Notes under the pieces: generated by a model
What the model saw: the letters and a program-made list of their open reading frames with translations, nothing else
Databases searched by the model: none
Told to the model about the DNA's origin: nothing
Translations under genes and position numbers: made by a program
In this document: piece by piece, positions 9,925-19,793 of the stretch
Layout: each line of letters opens with the position of its first letter
How positions within the stretch are numbered: the stretch's first letter is position 1
Assembly: GCA_963668145.2 (NCBI GenBank)
Contig: CAXXJU010000031.1
Coordinates: 55,989 to 119,988 of the forward strand
Length of the DNA: 64,000 nt
Direction of reading: 5' to 3'
DNA from: Geopsychrobacteraceae bacterium
GTDB lineage: Bacteria; Desulfobacterota; Desulfuromonadia; Desulfuromonadales; Geopsychrobacteraceae

Positions 9925-11295
9925 ATGTCGGAACATCATACCCATCGTTTGCCACCGCAGAATCTGGAAGCTGAGATGTCCGTGCTCGGTGGCGTGTTAC
10001 TGGAAAATGAAGCCTTGAGTCGAGCGCTGGAGTTTCTTACTGTCAGCGATTTCTATCGCGAAAGCCATCGTAAAATTTTCGGGGCTCTGTTGGCCCTTTC
10101 GGAAAAAAATGAGCCTGCCGACTTGGTGACCCTGACTGCGGCCCTTAAGGACCGAGGTGAACTGGAAGATGCCGGCGGTAGTACCTACCTGGCGACCCTG
10201 GTCGATTATGTCCCTACTGCGGCTAACATTGCCTACTATTGCAAACTGGTCAAGGAAAAGTCGGTTGCGCGGAAGTTGATCGAGGTCTCCACGGATATTG
10301 CCACCCGGGGGTACGAGGGCGGTGATATGGAAGAGATCCTCGACCATGCGGAAAAATCGATCTTTGAGATCTCCGAAAACCGTATTCGGCCATCCTATTA
10401 CCCCGTTCGCGACATTCTCAAGGACACCTTCAAGTCGATCGAGAAGCTCTATGAACGCAAGGAGCTGGTGACTGGGGTGCCGACCGGCTATCACGACATG
10501 GATAAAATGACCGCTGGTTTGCAGCCGAGTGACCTGATCATTCTGGCCGGGCGCCCCTCCATGGGGAAGACCGCCTTCGCCCTGAACCTGCTGGAAAATG
10601 CCACGACTCACTCCGAAAAGCCGGTGACCGCGGCGATTTTCTCCTTGGAGATGAGCAAGGAGCAGCTGGTTCAGCGGCTGCTCTGTTCCATCGCCAGAGT
10701 CGATGCCGGTCGCTTGCGGACCGGCCATCTCGGCGAGTCGGACTGGCCCAAGTTGACCATGGCCGCGGGGCAGTTGACCGAGGCGCAGATCTTTATCGAC
10801 GATACCCCTGCCATCACCGTCCTCGAACTGCGCTCCAAGGCCCGGCGGCTGAAGGCCGAACACGGCCTGGGGCTGATCATTGTCGACTACCTGCAGTTGA
10901 TGCGTGGCAGTAATCCGGAAAGTCGGCAGCAGGAAATCTCGGAAATCTCGCGGTCTTTAAAGGCCCTTGCCAAGGAATTGGACCTGCCGGTGGTGGCATT
11001 GTCGCAGTTGAATCGCTCTTTGGAGAGTCGGACCGACAAACGGCCGATGATGGCCGACTTGCGTGAATCCGGTGCTATCGAGCAGGATGCCGACGTGATC
11101 ATGTTTGTCTATCGTGACGCGGTCTATTGTGACGACTGCAAAAGCCGTGAAAAGACCTGTGATAAAGGGCATGATAAAGACGCCGAGATCATCATCGGCA
11201 AACAGCGGAACGGCCCCATCGGCACCGTTCACCTGACCTTCCGTGGTGAATTTACCCGCTTCGAGAACCAGGCGAAACGGGAAGAGGGGTACTGA
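9925..11295 (+). CDS. dnaB: Replicative DNA helicase
   Basis: PPQNLEAEMSVLG, AGRPSMGKT (Walker A), IIVDYLQLM, LRESGAIEQDAD and KQRNGPIG motifs. Confidence 0.98.
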   Translation: MSEHHTHRLPPQNLEAEMSVLGGVLLENEALSRALEFLTVSDFYRESHRKIFGALLALSEKNEPADLVTLTAALKDRGELEDAGGSTYLATLVDYVPTAANIAYYCKLVKEKSVARKLIEVSTDIATRGYEGGDMEEILDHAEKSIFEISENRIRPSYYPVRDILKDTFKSIEKLYERKELVTGVPTGYHDMDKMTAGLQPSDLIILAGRPSMGKTAFALNLLENATTHSEKPVTAAIFSLEMSKEQLVQRLLCSIARVDAGRLRTGHLGESDWPKLTMAAGQLTEAQIFIDDTPAITVLELRSKARRLKAEHGLGLIIVDYLQLMRGSNPESRQQEISEISRSLKALAKELDLPVVALSQLNRSLESRTDKRPMMADLRESGAIEQDADVIMFVYRDAVYCDDCKSREKTCDKGHDKDAEIIIGKQRNGPIGTVHLTFRGEFTRFENQAKREEGY

Positions 11296-11361
11296 ACTCC
11301 CAACGGGAGTTCAGTTTTCAGATCACAAATTTCAAATCCCGCGCCCCACTGGGGGCGCGGG
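11293..11361. terminator. Two hairpins between convergent dnaB and ntrC
   Basis: TGAACTCCC-AAC-GGGAGTTCA-GTTTT and CCCGCGCCCC-ACT-GGGGGCGCGGG. Confidence 0.65.
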
Positions 11362-12807
11362 CTATTCACCGTTGCCGCGTTTGACCGGGATGTTCAGGGT
11401 GGTGATTTTTTTGCGCAGGGTGTTTCGGTTGATGCCGAGGATCTCTGCGGTGCGAACCTGGTTGCCCTTGGCTTTTTTGAGGACGATGTTGATCAGCGGC
11501 CGCTCGACCTGATGCAGAACCATCTCGTAGAGATTATTCATTTCCAGCAGGTTCATCTGAACCAGCGAATTTTCCAGTTTCCGTGAAACCAGCGCTTCCA
11601 GTGATTCGTCCTGACTCTGGACTTTTTCTTCCGTATCGATCAGCCCGGGAAAGTCAGCTGGGGTCAGGACGTGGTTGGGGGAGAGCAGGGCGGCGCGTTT
11701 GATGACATTTTCCAGTTCTCTGACGTTCCCCGGCCAGCGGTAGGTCTGGAGCATTTTGACCGCTTCCGGACTGCACTCCATGGCATCGATGCCAAGATCC
11801 TGTTTGGCGCGCTGCAGAAAGAACTCGGCGAGCATCGGAATATCGTCCTGTCTTTTCCGCAGGGGCGGCAGGCTGATAGGAACCACGTTCAGGCGGTAGT
11901 AGAGGTCTTCCCGAAACTGCTTCTGTTTGACCAGCTCGGCGATGTCCTGATTGGTGGCCGCAACAATCCGCACGTCCACCCTGATCGTTTGGCTACCCCC
12001 GGTTCTGGTGATCTCTTTCTCCTGCAACACCCGCAACAGCTTGGCCTGCAATTCCAGCGGCATATCGCCGATCTCGTCAAGGAACAGGGTGCCGCCGTCG
12101 GCCTGTTCGAATTTTCCGCTTTTCCGATCCGTTGCCCCGGTAAAGGCCCCGCGTTCGTGGCCGAACAGTTCGTTTTCCAGCAGCTCATGGGGGATGGCGG
12201 CGCAGTTGATCGCAATAAAGGGTTTGCCGATACGCTTACTGTTGATGTGGATGGCCCTGGCGATCAGTTCCTTGCCGGTGCCGCTTTCGCCGGTGACCAG
12301 CACGGTCACATCCGATTCCGCGACCCGACCCAGAGTCTTGTAAACTTCCTGCATCGGTTGGCTGTTGCCGATAATGGAGCGGCCGAAGCTGAATTGCCCC
12401 TGCAGTTCTTCCTTGAGCTGATCGATCTGCTCAGTGACTTCCGCGGCTTTTTCTGCCTTGAGGATGATCGCATCGAGAGCCGCCAGGTCGAAAGGTTTGG
12501 TCAGGTAGTCGTAGGCGCCGTTCTTCATGGCGGTCACCGCATGCTCCATGGTGGCTTCAGCGGTCATGATGATCACCAGGGTGTCCGGATGTTCAATGCG
12601 GAACTGCTTGAGCAGGTCAAGTCCTTGAATACCGGGCATTTTGATGTCGAGGACCGCGAGGTCGTAATGATGCCGCCGGGCCATGTTGCGGGCCTGTGCC
12701 CCATCTTCCGCCAGATCGACGGAAAATCCCTGTTTTTTAAGAGCCTTGGACAGGACCCAGCGAATGCTTTCTTCGTCATCGGCAACCAGGATGCGTTCTA
12801 TTGCCAT
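11362..12807 (-). CDS. ntrC: Sigma54-dependent response regulator, NtrC type
   Basis: Receiver domain, GESGTGKE, GAFTGA and a Fis-type HTH (GNQVRTAEILGINRNTLRKK). Lies downstream of dusB and a kinase. Confidence 0.88.
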   Translation of the reverse strand: MAIERILVADDEESIRWVLSKALKKQGFSVDLAEDGAQARNMARRHHYDLAVLDIKMPGIQGLDLLKQFRIEHPDTLVIIMTAEATMEHAVTAMKNGAYDYLTKPFDLAALDAIILKAEKAAEVTEQIDQLKEELQGQFSFGRSIIGNSQPMQEVYKTLGRVAESDVTVLVTGESGTGKELIARAIHINSKRIGKPFIAINCAAIPHELLENELFGHERGAFTGATDRKSGKFEQADGGTLFLDEIGDMPLELQAKLLRVLQEKEITRTGGSQTIRVDVRIVAATNQDIAELVKQKQFREDLYYRLNVVPISLPPLRKRQDDIPMLAEFFLQRAKQDLGIDAMECSPEAVKMLQTYRWPGNVRELENVIKRAALLSPNHVLTPADFPGLIDTEEKVQSQDESLEALVSRKLENSLVQMNLLEMNNLYEMVLHQVERPLINIVLKKAKGNQVRTAEILGINRNTLRKKITTLNIPVKRGNGE

Positions 12808-12918
12808 GTAGTTTTCCTCTTTCAGCAGATGTCGCAAGCAAGCGCCGGCTGCGTATTCTGCAGGCGGGCAATCAGTGGCGACCGGATTCCCATGATCATC
12901 CGGTTGTTGACCAAGTTC

Positions 12919-14028
12919 TTACGAACGATTATTGAACAAGGGTAAGGAAATATTTACGGTCGTACCGCCTTCAGAGCGTTTTTCGAAATGCATTAATCCG
13001 CCGTGATTGGTGACAATCTTCTGGCAAATCGGCAAACCGAGACCGTTTCCTCCGGTTTTAGTCGTATAAAACGGGGTGAAAATTTGTTCCAGTTCATCCT
13101 GGCCGATTCCGGGTCCCTGATCGCTGATGCTGATGAGGACCATCGGAGTCGGCCTTGAGCCGGGAAGAGATAGATGATATTCAGCATCAATGCGGCTTTC
13201 AAGTAAAATTTCCGTATTGTCGGGGGTTGCCTCGCAAGCGTTTTTAAGCAGGTTCAGGAACAGCCGGGTGAGCAGATCAGGGTCCCCGGGAATTTCCGGG
13301 ATGCTGGGGTCGAGCTGCCATTTGAACTGAATCCCACGCTCGCGGACGGAATTATTTTGCAGGGTCACGATTTCATCGAGCAGTCTGCTGACATTGACTG
13401 ATTGGAAGCAGGCCTTGCGCGGTTTCGCCAGGTCGAGGAGTTCTTCGATGATCCGGTTGATCCGCTCCGTTTCGCGGACGATCAGGCTGGTGTATTCATG
13501 GAGGTCATTGGCCTGCCCCAGTTCCATTTGCAGCAGTTGGGCAGACCCCTTGATCCCGCCGAGGGGGTTTTTTATTTCGTGGGCCAGGCCGGCGGCCATG
13601 GTACCAACCATGGTCAACCGATCGGCGTGGCGAACGGCGTCCTCCAGGGATTTGACCTGAGTCAGATCATGCATGATCAGCACGGCTCCCTGCTGCGGTC
13701 CCGGGGTCGAAAAAATAGGTGACACGGTTACACTGACCGGCCGCGCCCGCCGGGTTCCGGTCGGTTTCAGGGTCACTGTTTCGTGGTCGGAAATGGAACG
13801 CCCTTCATCAAGCGCCTTGCGGGTCAGATAACAGAGGGTTTCCTGCCAGTCAAAACATTCGAAAAAAGATTTCCCCAGGCTGGTTTTTTCAGAGCGGCCC
13901 GTGAAACTTTGCGCCGCCGGGTTAAACAGGTTGATGACTCCGTTCTGGTCAACGGCGATGACGGCATCGTCGATATTCTCCAGAATCATCAGGTATTCTT
14001 TCTGGGTCAGTTTCTTTGCTTTGCTCAT
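12919..14028 (-). CDS. ntrB: PAS sensor histidine kinase, NtrB type
   Basis: PAS domain, LAHEIKNPLGGIKGSAQLL H-box and GNGLGL G2 box. Confidence 0.85.
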   Translation of the reverse strand: MSKAKKLTQKEYLMILENIDDAVIAVDQNGVINLFNPAAQSFTGRSEKTSLGKSFFECFDWQETLCYLTRKALDEGRSISDHETVTLKPTGTRRARPVSVTVSPIFSTPGPQQGAVLIMHDLTQVKSLEDAVRHADRLTMVGTMAAGLAHEIKNPLGGIKGSAQLLQMELGQANDLHEYTSLIVRETERINRIIEELLDLAKPRKACFQSVNVSRLLDEIVTLQNNSVRERGIQFKWQLDPSIPEIPGDPDLLTRLFLNLLKNACEATPDNTEILLESRIDAEYHLSLPGSRPTPMVLISISDQGPGIGQDELEQIFTPFYTTKTGGNGLGLPICQKIVTNHGGLMHFEKRSEGGTTVNISLPLFNNRS

Positions 14029-15008
14029 GCCGCTTCTTCAGTCTGGGTGAAAAACGCTTCGGTGAGTCTGATCACATTGGTCAGGCAGTCACACTGTTGC
14101 AGTTCCTTGCGAAATTGGCTGGCACCCTGCAGCCCGCGGGCATACCAGCACAGATGCTTGCGCATGTCGAGAACGGTTTTCCGATCGCCGAACATCTCCT
14201 GGTGATACTGCAGGTGCAGCAGGGCCACCCGGAGTTTCTCGGTGGCGTCCGGTTGCAGCACCGACTGGTCGGCCAGCAGCTGATTGATCTGTTCAATCAA
14301 CCAGGGGTTTCCGTAGCCGCCTCGGCCGATCATCACCGCGTCGCAACCCGTGTCGGAGAGCATCTTCCTGGCCTCTTGCGCGGTGGTAATGTCGCCACTT
14401 CCAAACACCGGTATATTGACCGTGTTTTTGAGCTCGCCAATCAACTCCCAATGGGCCTGCCCGGCAAAGGCCTGACTGCGGGTTCTGGGGTGCAGGGTCA
14501 AAGCATCCGCACCTTCCGCTTCGGCGATGCGGCCGATCGTCAAAAAATTGATGGATTCTTCGTCCCAGCCTGAACGGATTTTTATGGTCAGGGGGCCGGA
14601 GTAGGCCCGGCGAACCGTACCGATGATCCTTTTAACCCGCTCGGGAGACCTTAACAAAGCACTTCCGGCGCCACTGCGGATAACTTTTTTGACCGGGCAA
14701 CCCATGTTGATATCGAGCAGCGCGCCGGCATCGGCAACCAGCCGTGCCGCTTCGCCAAGGACCTCTGGATCGTCCCCGAACAGCTGAATTCCTAACGGAA
14801 ATTCACTTGCATGAGACTCTAGTAACTGTCTGGTTTTCTTGCCTTCCCGGATCATGCCGTTGGCGCTCACCATCTCCGTATAGACCAATCCGGCACCGAA
14901 GGATTTCATAATTCTACGGTAGGGGAGATTGCTGATTCCTGCCATAGGCGCTAAAATAACCGGACTGGTTAACTTTAATGATTTTATCAGGAGAGACTTT
15001 TTTTGCAT
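14025..15008 (-). CDS. dusB: tRNA-dihydrouridine synthase B (NifR3-like)
   Basis: LAPMAGISNLPYR, DINMGCPVKKV, TIKIRSGWD and MIGRG motifs. Confidence 0.93.
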   Translation of the reverse strand: MQKKSLLIKSLKLTSPVILAPMAGISNLPYRRIMKSFGAGLVYTEMVSANGMIREGKKTRQLLESHASEFPLGIQLFGDDPEVLGEAARLVADAGALLDINMGCPVKKVIRSGAGSALLRSPERVKRIIGTVRRAYSGPLTIKIRSGWDEESINFLTIGRIAEAEGADALTLHPRTRSQAFAGQAHWELIGELKNTVNIPVFGSGDITTAQEARKMLSDTGCDAVMIGRGGYGNPWLIEQINQLLADQSVLQPDATEKLRVALLHLQYHQEMFGDRKTVLDMRKHLCWYARGLQGASQFRKELQQCDCLTNVIRLTEAFFTQTEEAA

Positions 15009-15106
15009 AATATTTAGGCATCTTATCAGTATCTTGCTGAAGAGCAAGAAAAAAATGGTGTTATCGGGTCTGTTTTATTCCCCTGGTCGAGTTCGTTTTC
15101 TGGGAT

Positions 15107-15155
15107 ATTGTATACAATTTACAGCTTGACAAACAGGGGGTCGAGTTGCTAGAAC
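15107..15155 (+). promoter_or_regulatory. Palindromic operator and sigma70-like promoter upstream of citrate synthase
   Basis: ATTGTATACAAT (15107-15118), TTGACA (15126-15131), 18-bp spacer, TAGAAC. Confidence 0.55.
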
Positions 15156-15382
15156 GATATTTGGAAATTTAAGAGAAGGAAGGTTTTTAAGGATCGTTTT
15201 TCCCCTGTTTCTTACTATCCCGGCACTGCTTGCAGGGATGAAAATAAAATGTCGTTCGGGCGGGCGCTTTTTGTTTTTATCATTTCCTGTATTGCTGCAA
15301 CATTGACCGGTGTTGCAGGTTTCTCATTTCGGCTCGACAGGGCCAATGACTGTGTCAACACCCATTTTAAAGGAGAGAGATT

Positions 15383-16696
15383 ATGTCGTCATTAAAAAAA
15401 GTACTGGCTCAAAAGATTGCTGAACATCGCCCTCGTACGATGAAGCTGGTCAAGGAGTATTCCGATGTCAGTCTCGGCGAGGTTACGGTTGGTCAGGCCA
15501 TCGGCGGCGCCCGCGGCATCAAGTGCCTGGTGACCGATATCTCCTATCTGGATCCTTTTGAGGGGATTCGTTTCCGCGGCAAAACGATCCCGGAAACCTT
15601 TGCGGCTCTGCCCAAAGTGCCGGGGAGCGATTATCCCTATGTCGAGGGTTTCTGGTGGATGCTGTTGACCGGCGATGTGCCGACCATGGAGCAGACTCTT
15701 GAGGTTGTCGAGGACTGGAAAAAACGCTCCCAGGTTCCGGCCTATGTCATCGATGTGCTGCGCGCCATGCCGCGCGACTCTCACCCTATGGCCATGTTCT
15801 CATCCGCCATCCTGGCCATGCAGCGGGATTCGATTTTCTCTCATACTTATTCGGCCGGCAAGTTCAACAAGATGACCTGCTGGGAAGATATGTTTGAAGA
15901 TTCCAGCAACCTGATGGCCAAGCTGCCTTCCATCGGTGCTTACATCTACCGGATGAAGTACAAAGGCGATACCCATATCCCGGCTGACCCGGATCTGGAC
16001 CTGGGTGGGAACTTCGCTCGGATGATGGGCATCGATAAGCCGTATGACGATGTCGCGCGGATGTATTTCATTATTCACTCCGATCATGAATCCGGTAACG
16101 TGTCGGCCCATGCCACGCACCTGGTGGCTTCCGCTCTGTCGGATGCCTACTATGCCTACAGCGCCGGGATCAACGGTCTGGCCGGTCCGTTGCACGGTCT
16201 GGCCAACGAAGAAGTGTTGCGCTGGACCCAGAATTTCATGTTCCATCTGGGTGGCGAAGTTCCGACCGAGGAAAAGCTGAAAGAAGCGCTCTGGGCAACC
16301 CTGAACAGCGGGCAGGTCATTCCGGGTTACGGGCATGCCGTGTTGCGCAAAACCGATCCGCGCTATACTTCGCAACGTGAATTCTGCCTCAAGACTCCGG
16401 GGTTGAAAGATTACCCGCTGTTCAAGTTGATCAGCATGATTTTCGATGTTGCTCCGGGCGTCCTGCAGGAACACGGTAAAGCCAAGAACCCCTGGCCGAA
16501 CGTCGATGCTCAGTCCGGTGTTATCCAGTGGTATTACGGGGTGACCCAATATGAATTCTATACCGTCCTGTTCGGTATCGGTCGCGCCCTTGGCTGTCTG
16601 GCCAATATTACCTGGGACCGCGCTCTCGGCTACGGTATCGAGCGGCCGAAGTCGGTGACGACGGCCATGCTGGAAGACGCTGTCGGGATCAAATGA
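15383..16696 (+). CDS. gltA: Citrate synthase, eukaryote-like type typical of Geobacterales/Desulfuromonadales
   Basis: GIRFRGKTIPE, DHESGNVSAH, GLAGPLHGLANEEV, PGYGHAVLRKTDPR and PWPNVDAQSG motifs. Confidence 0.96.
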   Translation: MSSLKKVLAQKIAEHRPRTMKLVKEYSDVSLGEVTVGQAIGGARGIKCLVTDISYLDPFEGIRFRGKTIPETFAALPKVPGSDYPYVEGFWWMLLTGDVPTMEQTLEVVEDWKKRSQVPAYVIDVLRAMPRDSHPMAMFSSAILAMQRDSIFSHTYSAGKFNKMTCWEDMFEDSSNLMAKLPSIGAYIYRMKYKGDTHIPADPDLDLGGNFARMMGIDKPYDDVARMYFIIHSDHESGNVSAHATHLVASALSDAYYAYSAGINGLAGPLHGLANEEVLRWTQNFMFHLGGEVPTEEKLKEALWATLNSGQVIPGYGHAVLRKTDPRYTSQREFCLKTPGLKDYPLFKLISMIFDVAPGVLQEHGKAKNPWPNVDAQSGVIQWYYGVTQYEFYTVLFGIGRALGCLANITWDRALGYGIERPKSVTTAMLEDAVGIK

Positions 16697-16737
16697 TGCC
16701 AATCTTTTGAAGTTACTGTTTTCTGTTGTTGCGAATG

Positions 16738-16765
16738 GGGAGGTCCTTTGGACCTCCCTTTTTTT
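16738..16765 (+). terminator. Rho-independent terminator
   Basis: GGGAGGTCC-TTT-GGACCTCCC-T7. Confidence 0.85.
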
Positions 16766-16846
16766 ATTCCTTGGCTGTTGATTTTCCCTTAACCCGGATA
16801 TAATCTTGAAAGAATTTTTATCTTAATCTGTTTTCAGGAGTAAAAA

Positions 16847-17536
16847 ATGAAACGTGATCCATTGCTGTTAGCTGTAGTGCTGTTCCTTGTCGTCGGTCTG
16901 AGCGGCTGTGCCACCAATACAACTCATGAAAATACTAAGAAAGGGGCCGGGATCGGCGCTCTGGTGGGGGCTTTATCCGGGGCCATTATTGGCTACCAGA
17001 ACGATCATTCCGGAGGCGCGTTGCGCGGGGCTCTGATCGGTGGCGCTGCCGGTGGCGCCCTTGGTGCCGGGGCCGGCGCTTATATGGACAAGCAACAGAC
17101 CGAGTTTGAGCAGCAACTGTCCGCTGAACAGGCGCAGCACCAGATTGAAATTGAGCGCCAGCAGAATGAAATCCTCAAGCTGACCATGAGCAGCGAGGTC
17201 TCATTCGACTTCAACTCGGCCAGCCTGAAGCCGACATTTTACTCATCCCTGAATAAAATTGCCGATATCATGGCCCGTTATCCGCAGACCCAGATCCTGG
17301 TGGTTGGCCATACCGACAGTGTCGGTTCCGAACAGTATAATCTCGACCTGTCGTTGCGTCGGGCCAATGCAGTTGCGAACTATCTGATCAGTCATGGTGT
17401 GGCCCAGTACCGACTGGGGACTGAAGGACACGGTGAGATGGAACCAATCGCCAGTAATGATACCGCGGATGGACGAGCCCGGAACCGCCGAGTTGAAATC
17501 TTCGTGGTCCCGAATAAAAACGCCGGAACCAATTAG
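16847..17536 (+). CDS. OmpA-family lipoprotein (YiaD-like, glycine zipper)
   Basis: Lipobox LSGC, glycine-zipper repeats, GHTDSVGS, NLDLSLRRA and RARNRRVEI. Confidence 0.9.
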   Translation: MKRDPLLLAVVLFLVVGLSGCATNTTHENTKKGAGIGALVGALSGAIIGYQNDHSGGALRGALIGGAAGGALGAGAGAYMDKQQTEFEQQLSAEQAQHQIEIERQQNEILKLTMSSEVSFDFNSASLKPTFYSSLNKIADIMARYPQTQILVVGHTDSVGSEQYNLDLSLRRANAVANYLISHGVAQYRLGTEGHGEMEPIASNDTADGRARNRRVEIFVVPNKNAGTN

Positions 17537-17871
17537 TTTCTGTCCGGAAACCGCCCTTTTCCGCAATCTCGGCGTCAATCTACGCATTTGCTTGTGCGGC
17601 GTAAAGCACTACACCTCCGCACAAATGCTTGATTTCCTTGACCTTGCGAAAAAATTCTGGTTTCCAGATCAGAAACGTTACAGTACCCCACCGGAGTTTC
17701 CATCCGGAAACGGTTTTTTTCCGCTGTAGCCGCGTCAATCTGCAGGCTGACTTGTGCGGCGTAACGGTGTACGCCTCCGCGCAAGCCCTTGATGTCCTTG
17801 CCACAACGGGAAACTGCTCGTTTTCAATCTGAAAACTTAATGATTGCCATCCAGTGTTTCCGGATGACAAC
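17536..17871. mobile_element. Tandem pair of ~160-176-bp MITE-like units with GTTKCCATCCGGAAAC termini
   Basis: Units start at 17536 and 17696 (CGTCAATC recurs at 17573 and 17733). The right terminus GTTTCCGGATGACAAC is at 17856-17871. CAATTA is directly repeated at 17530-17535 and 17872-17877. Confidence 0.75.
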
Positions 17872-17874
17872 CAA

Positions 17875-18648
17875 TTAATCGGCAGACTTGCTGGTTATCT
17901 GAAACTGATACTTCAGGAAAGAGCCCTCGCGCGGGGCTCTTTCTTTTTCCAGCAGGCTGACCTGGCCGTCCTGGTCGATAAGGAGCAGGCAGGAGCTGCG
18001 GGTTCCGTAATTGGGCGTGTGGATAAACGCCGGGGATAGCTGGCGCTCCAATTCCAGGCTGATGCCGGTGGTGGGGAGCTGTTGGTCCGGCGCGATGTCC
18101 CGGTCCTCGAGGATAGTCAGCAGTTCTGAGGGATCTGGCTCCGGGTGGCGGAGCGCTTCGGCAAGGCGTTTTTTGCCTTTGGCGACCTTGGGCCAGGGCG
18201 TATCCAGAGTGGCGTTGCTCAGCCCGTGAATTCCGGCCTGCAGCGGAGTGACGGTGTCGGTGGCATTGGAATAGTGCTGCAGCTGAGTGTAATGGCCGAA
18301 GAGGAGATTGTAACCGCGATAAGCGGTTCGGGACTCCTGCAGCCGGGAGACGAAGCGGAGGGTGGAGAGTTGTTGATCCAGAAACAGCAGGGGGAGCTCG
18401 CCGCGGCTGCGGAACTTACCGGCCGGTGGAGTACCCGAACGAACATTGGTCAGGGCGGCGAAGTCGCCGTTGCGGGTGATGCCGAGCCAGGTGCCGCCGC
18501 CTTCAAGATCTTTGCCGGCGAGCAGCGCTGGGCGGTCAGACCACCAGTGGACCGGTTGCGTCGGACGGCTGAAGGCTTCGTCACGATTGGCCGCGACCAC
18601 CAACGGATAGCGCGGGTGGGCTTTGTAGGCAAATAGAATCAGGCACAT
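17875..18648 (-). CDS. NRDE / TANGO2 family protein
   Basis: N-terminal MCLI, AANRDE, GGTWLG, AALTNVR and YGTRSS motifs. Confidence 0.93.
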   Translation of the reverse strand: MCLILFAYKAHPRYPLVVAANRDEAFSRPTQPVHWWSDRPALLAGKDLEGGGTWLGITRNGDFAALTNVRSGTPPAGKFRSRGELPLLFLDQQLSTLRFVSRLQESRTAYRGYNLLFGHYTQLQHYSNATDTVTPLQAGIHGLSNATLDTPWPKVAKGKKRLAEALRHPEPDPSELLTILEDRDIAPDQQLPTTGISLELERQLSPAFIHTPNYGTRSSCLLLIDQDGQVSLLEKERAPREGSFLKYQFQITSKSAD

Positions 18649-18710
18649 GCAGTTAACAGAGAGGGTCTGGTGCCGGGCCTATTGCGTATAGAAACGGGCG
18701 CGGCTGCGGG

Positions 18711-19505
18711 TTATTTTTTCTCTTTCTCTTTGCGGGTGGCATAAATCAGCAGTTTCTGGTCGGTGTAGCTTTCCACCTCGCCGGCAAAAGATTCGATCTG
18801 GAAAAAATCGTGGACTTTAGGCGAGGCATCCATGAAAAATTTGTTCAGTTCCTGGACCCGGGCACGGTTGAGTCCGGCGGTTTTGACCCATTCCTGAAAA
18901 TCATGGGTTTTCGAGATGATGATGGTTTCCTGCAGGATCAATTCTGCATCTTCGACCATTTGCCGCCATTCCTGCTCGCTGTAGGCCCTGATATGGGTCG
19001 GGTTGCGCATTTTTTCCATGGTCTGGAAAAAATCGGCAATTTCGGGATCGGCAGGCATCAGGGTATCGATGATCGCCATTCGACCGCCACGTCTGAGCAC
19101 CCGATGGAACTCACGTAACGCCCTGGGTACATCCGGAAAATGATGAGGAGCGATGCGACAGGTGAGCAGGGTGAAAGAACCGGCCGGGAAGGGCAGGTCT
19201 TCGGCGTCGGCCTCGCGAAAGATGACGTTGTCGACGCGACCTTCTTCCGCAATGTGTTCCTGCGCCTTCTTCAGCATCTGCATGGTCAGGTCCGATGCGA
19301 CCACCTGCCTGACCATGGGGGCGAAAAATAGCGCCATGTGACCACCGGCACAGGCAACATCCAGCAAGTTGTCGTCGTGGGTCGGCTTGAGCAGCCTGGC
19401 CGCCTCTTCCAGGTCTTTGCCACCTGAAAAATGTGTTGCTTCGACATAGGCGGCGGCAGTTTTACCGAACTGTTCGCGGACCTGGTTTTTAAACTTGCTA
19501 TCCAT
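18711..19505 (-). CDS. Class I SAM-dependent methyltransferase (YcgJ/UbiE-like)
   Basis: LDVACAGGH, DAEDLPFP and CRIAPHHFPD motifs. Confidence 0.88.
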   Translation of the reverse strand: MDSKFKNQVREQFGKTAAAYVEATHFSGGKDLEEAARLLKPTHDDNLLDVACAGGHMALFFAPMVRQVVASDLTMQMLKKAQEHIAEEGRVDNVIFREADAEDLPFPAGSFTLLTCRIAPHHFPDVPRALREFHRVLRRGGRMAIIDTLMPADPEIADFFQTMEKMRNPTHIRAYSEQEWRQMVEDAELILQETIIISKTHDFQEWVKTAGLNRARVQELNKFFMDASPKVHDFFQIESFAGEVESYTDQKLLIYATRKEKEKK

Positions 19506-19793
19506 GCAAACTCCTCAAGAGATTTTGCGGGTAGTATACATTTAAAAATAAAAGTTTTGGCAATTTTTTACCTTTACAGTATTTTTGTCTGTTGCTGCGA
19601 AAGTCAAGAGGCGATCGGAAAAAAGCGGCCGATGACCAACTTGGAGCGGACCGGGAACCTGGCCAAGGGACAGCCATCGTTCCGTAGCGAGAAGGATGCT
19701 GTTCGACCGGCCAAAAGTGCTACTATAGCATTTCTGTTACTCTGAGGGTTGCGATTGCACAAAATTGGCGATCCTCAAATTCAAGGAGAATGT

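Noticed and set aside
17536-17871. CRISPR-like repeat array
   Set aside because: Only two ~160-bp units with similar interiors, no unique spacers and no cas genes. A MITE tandem explains it better.
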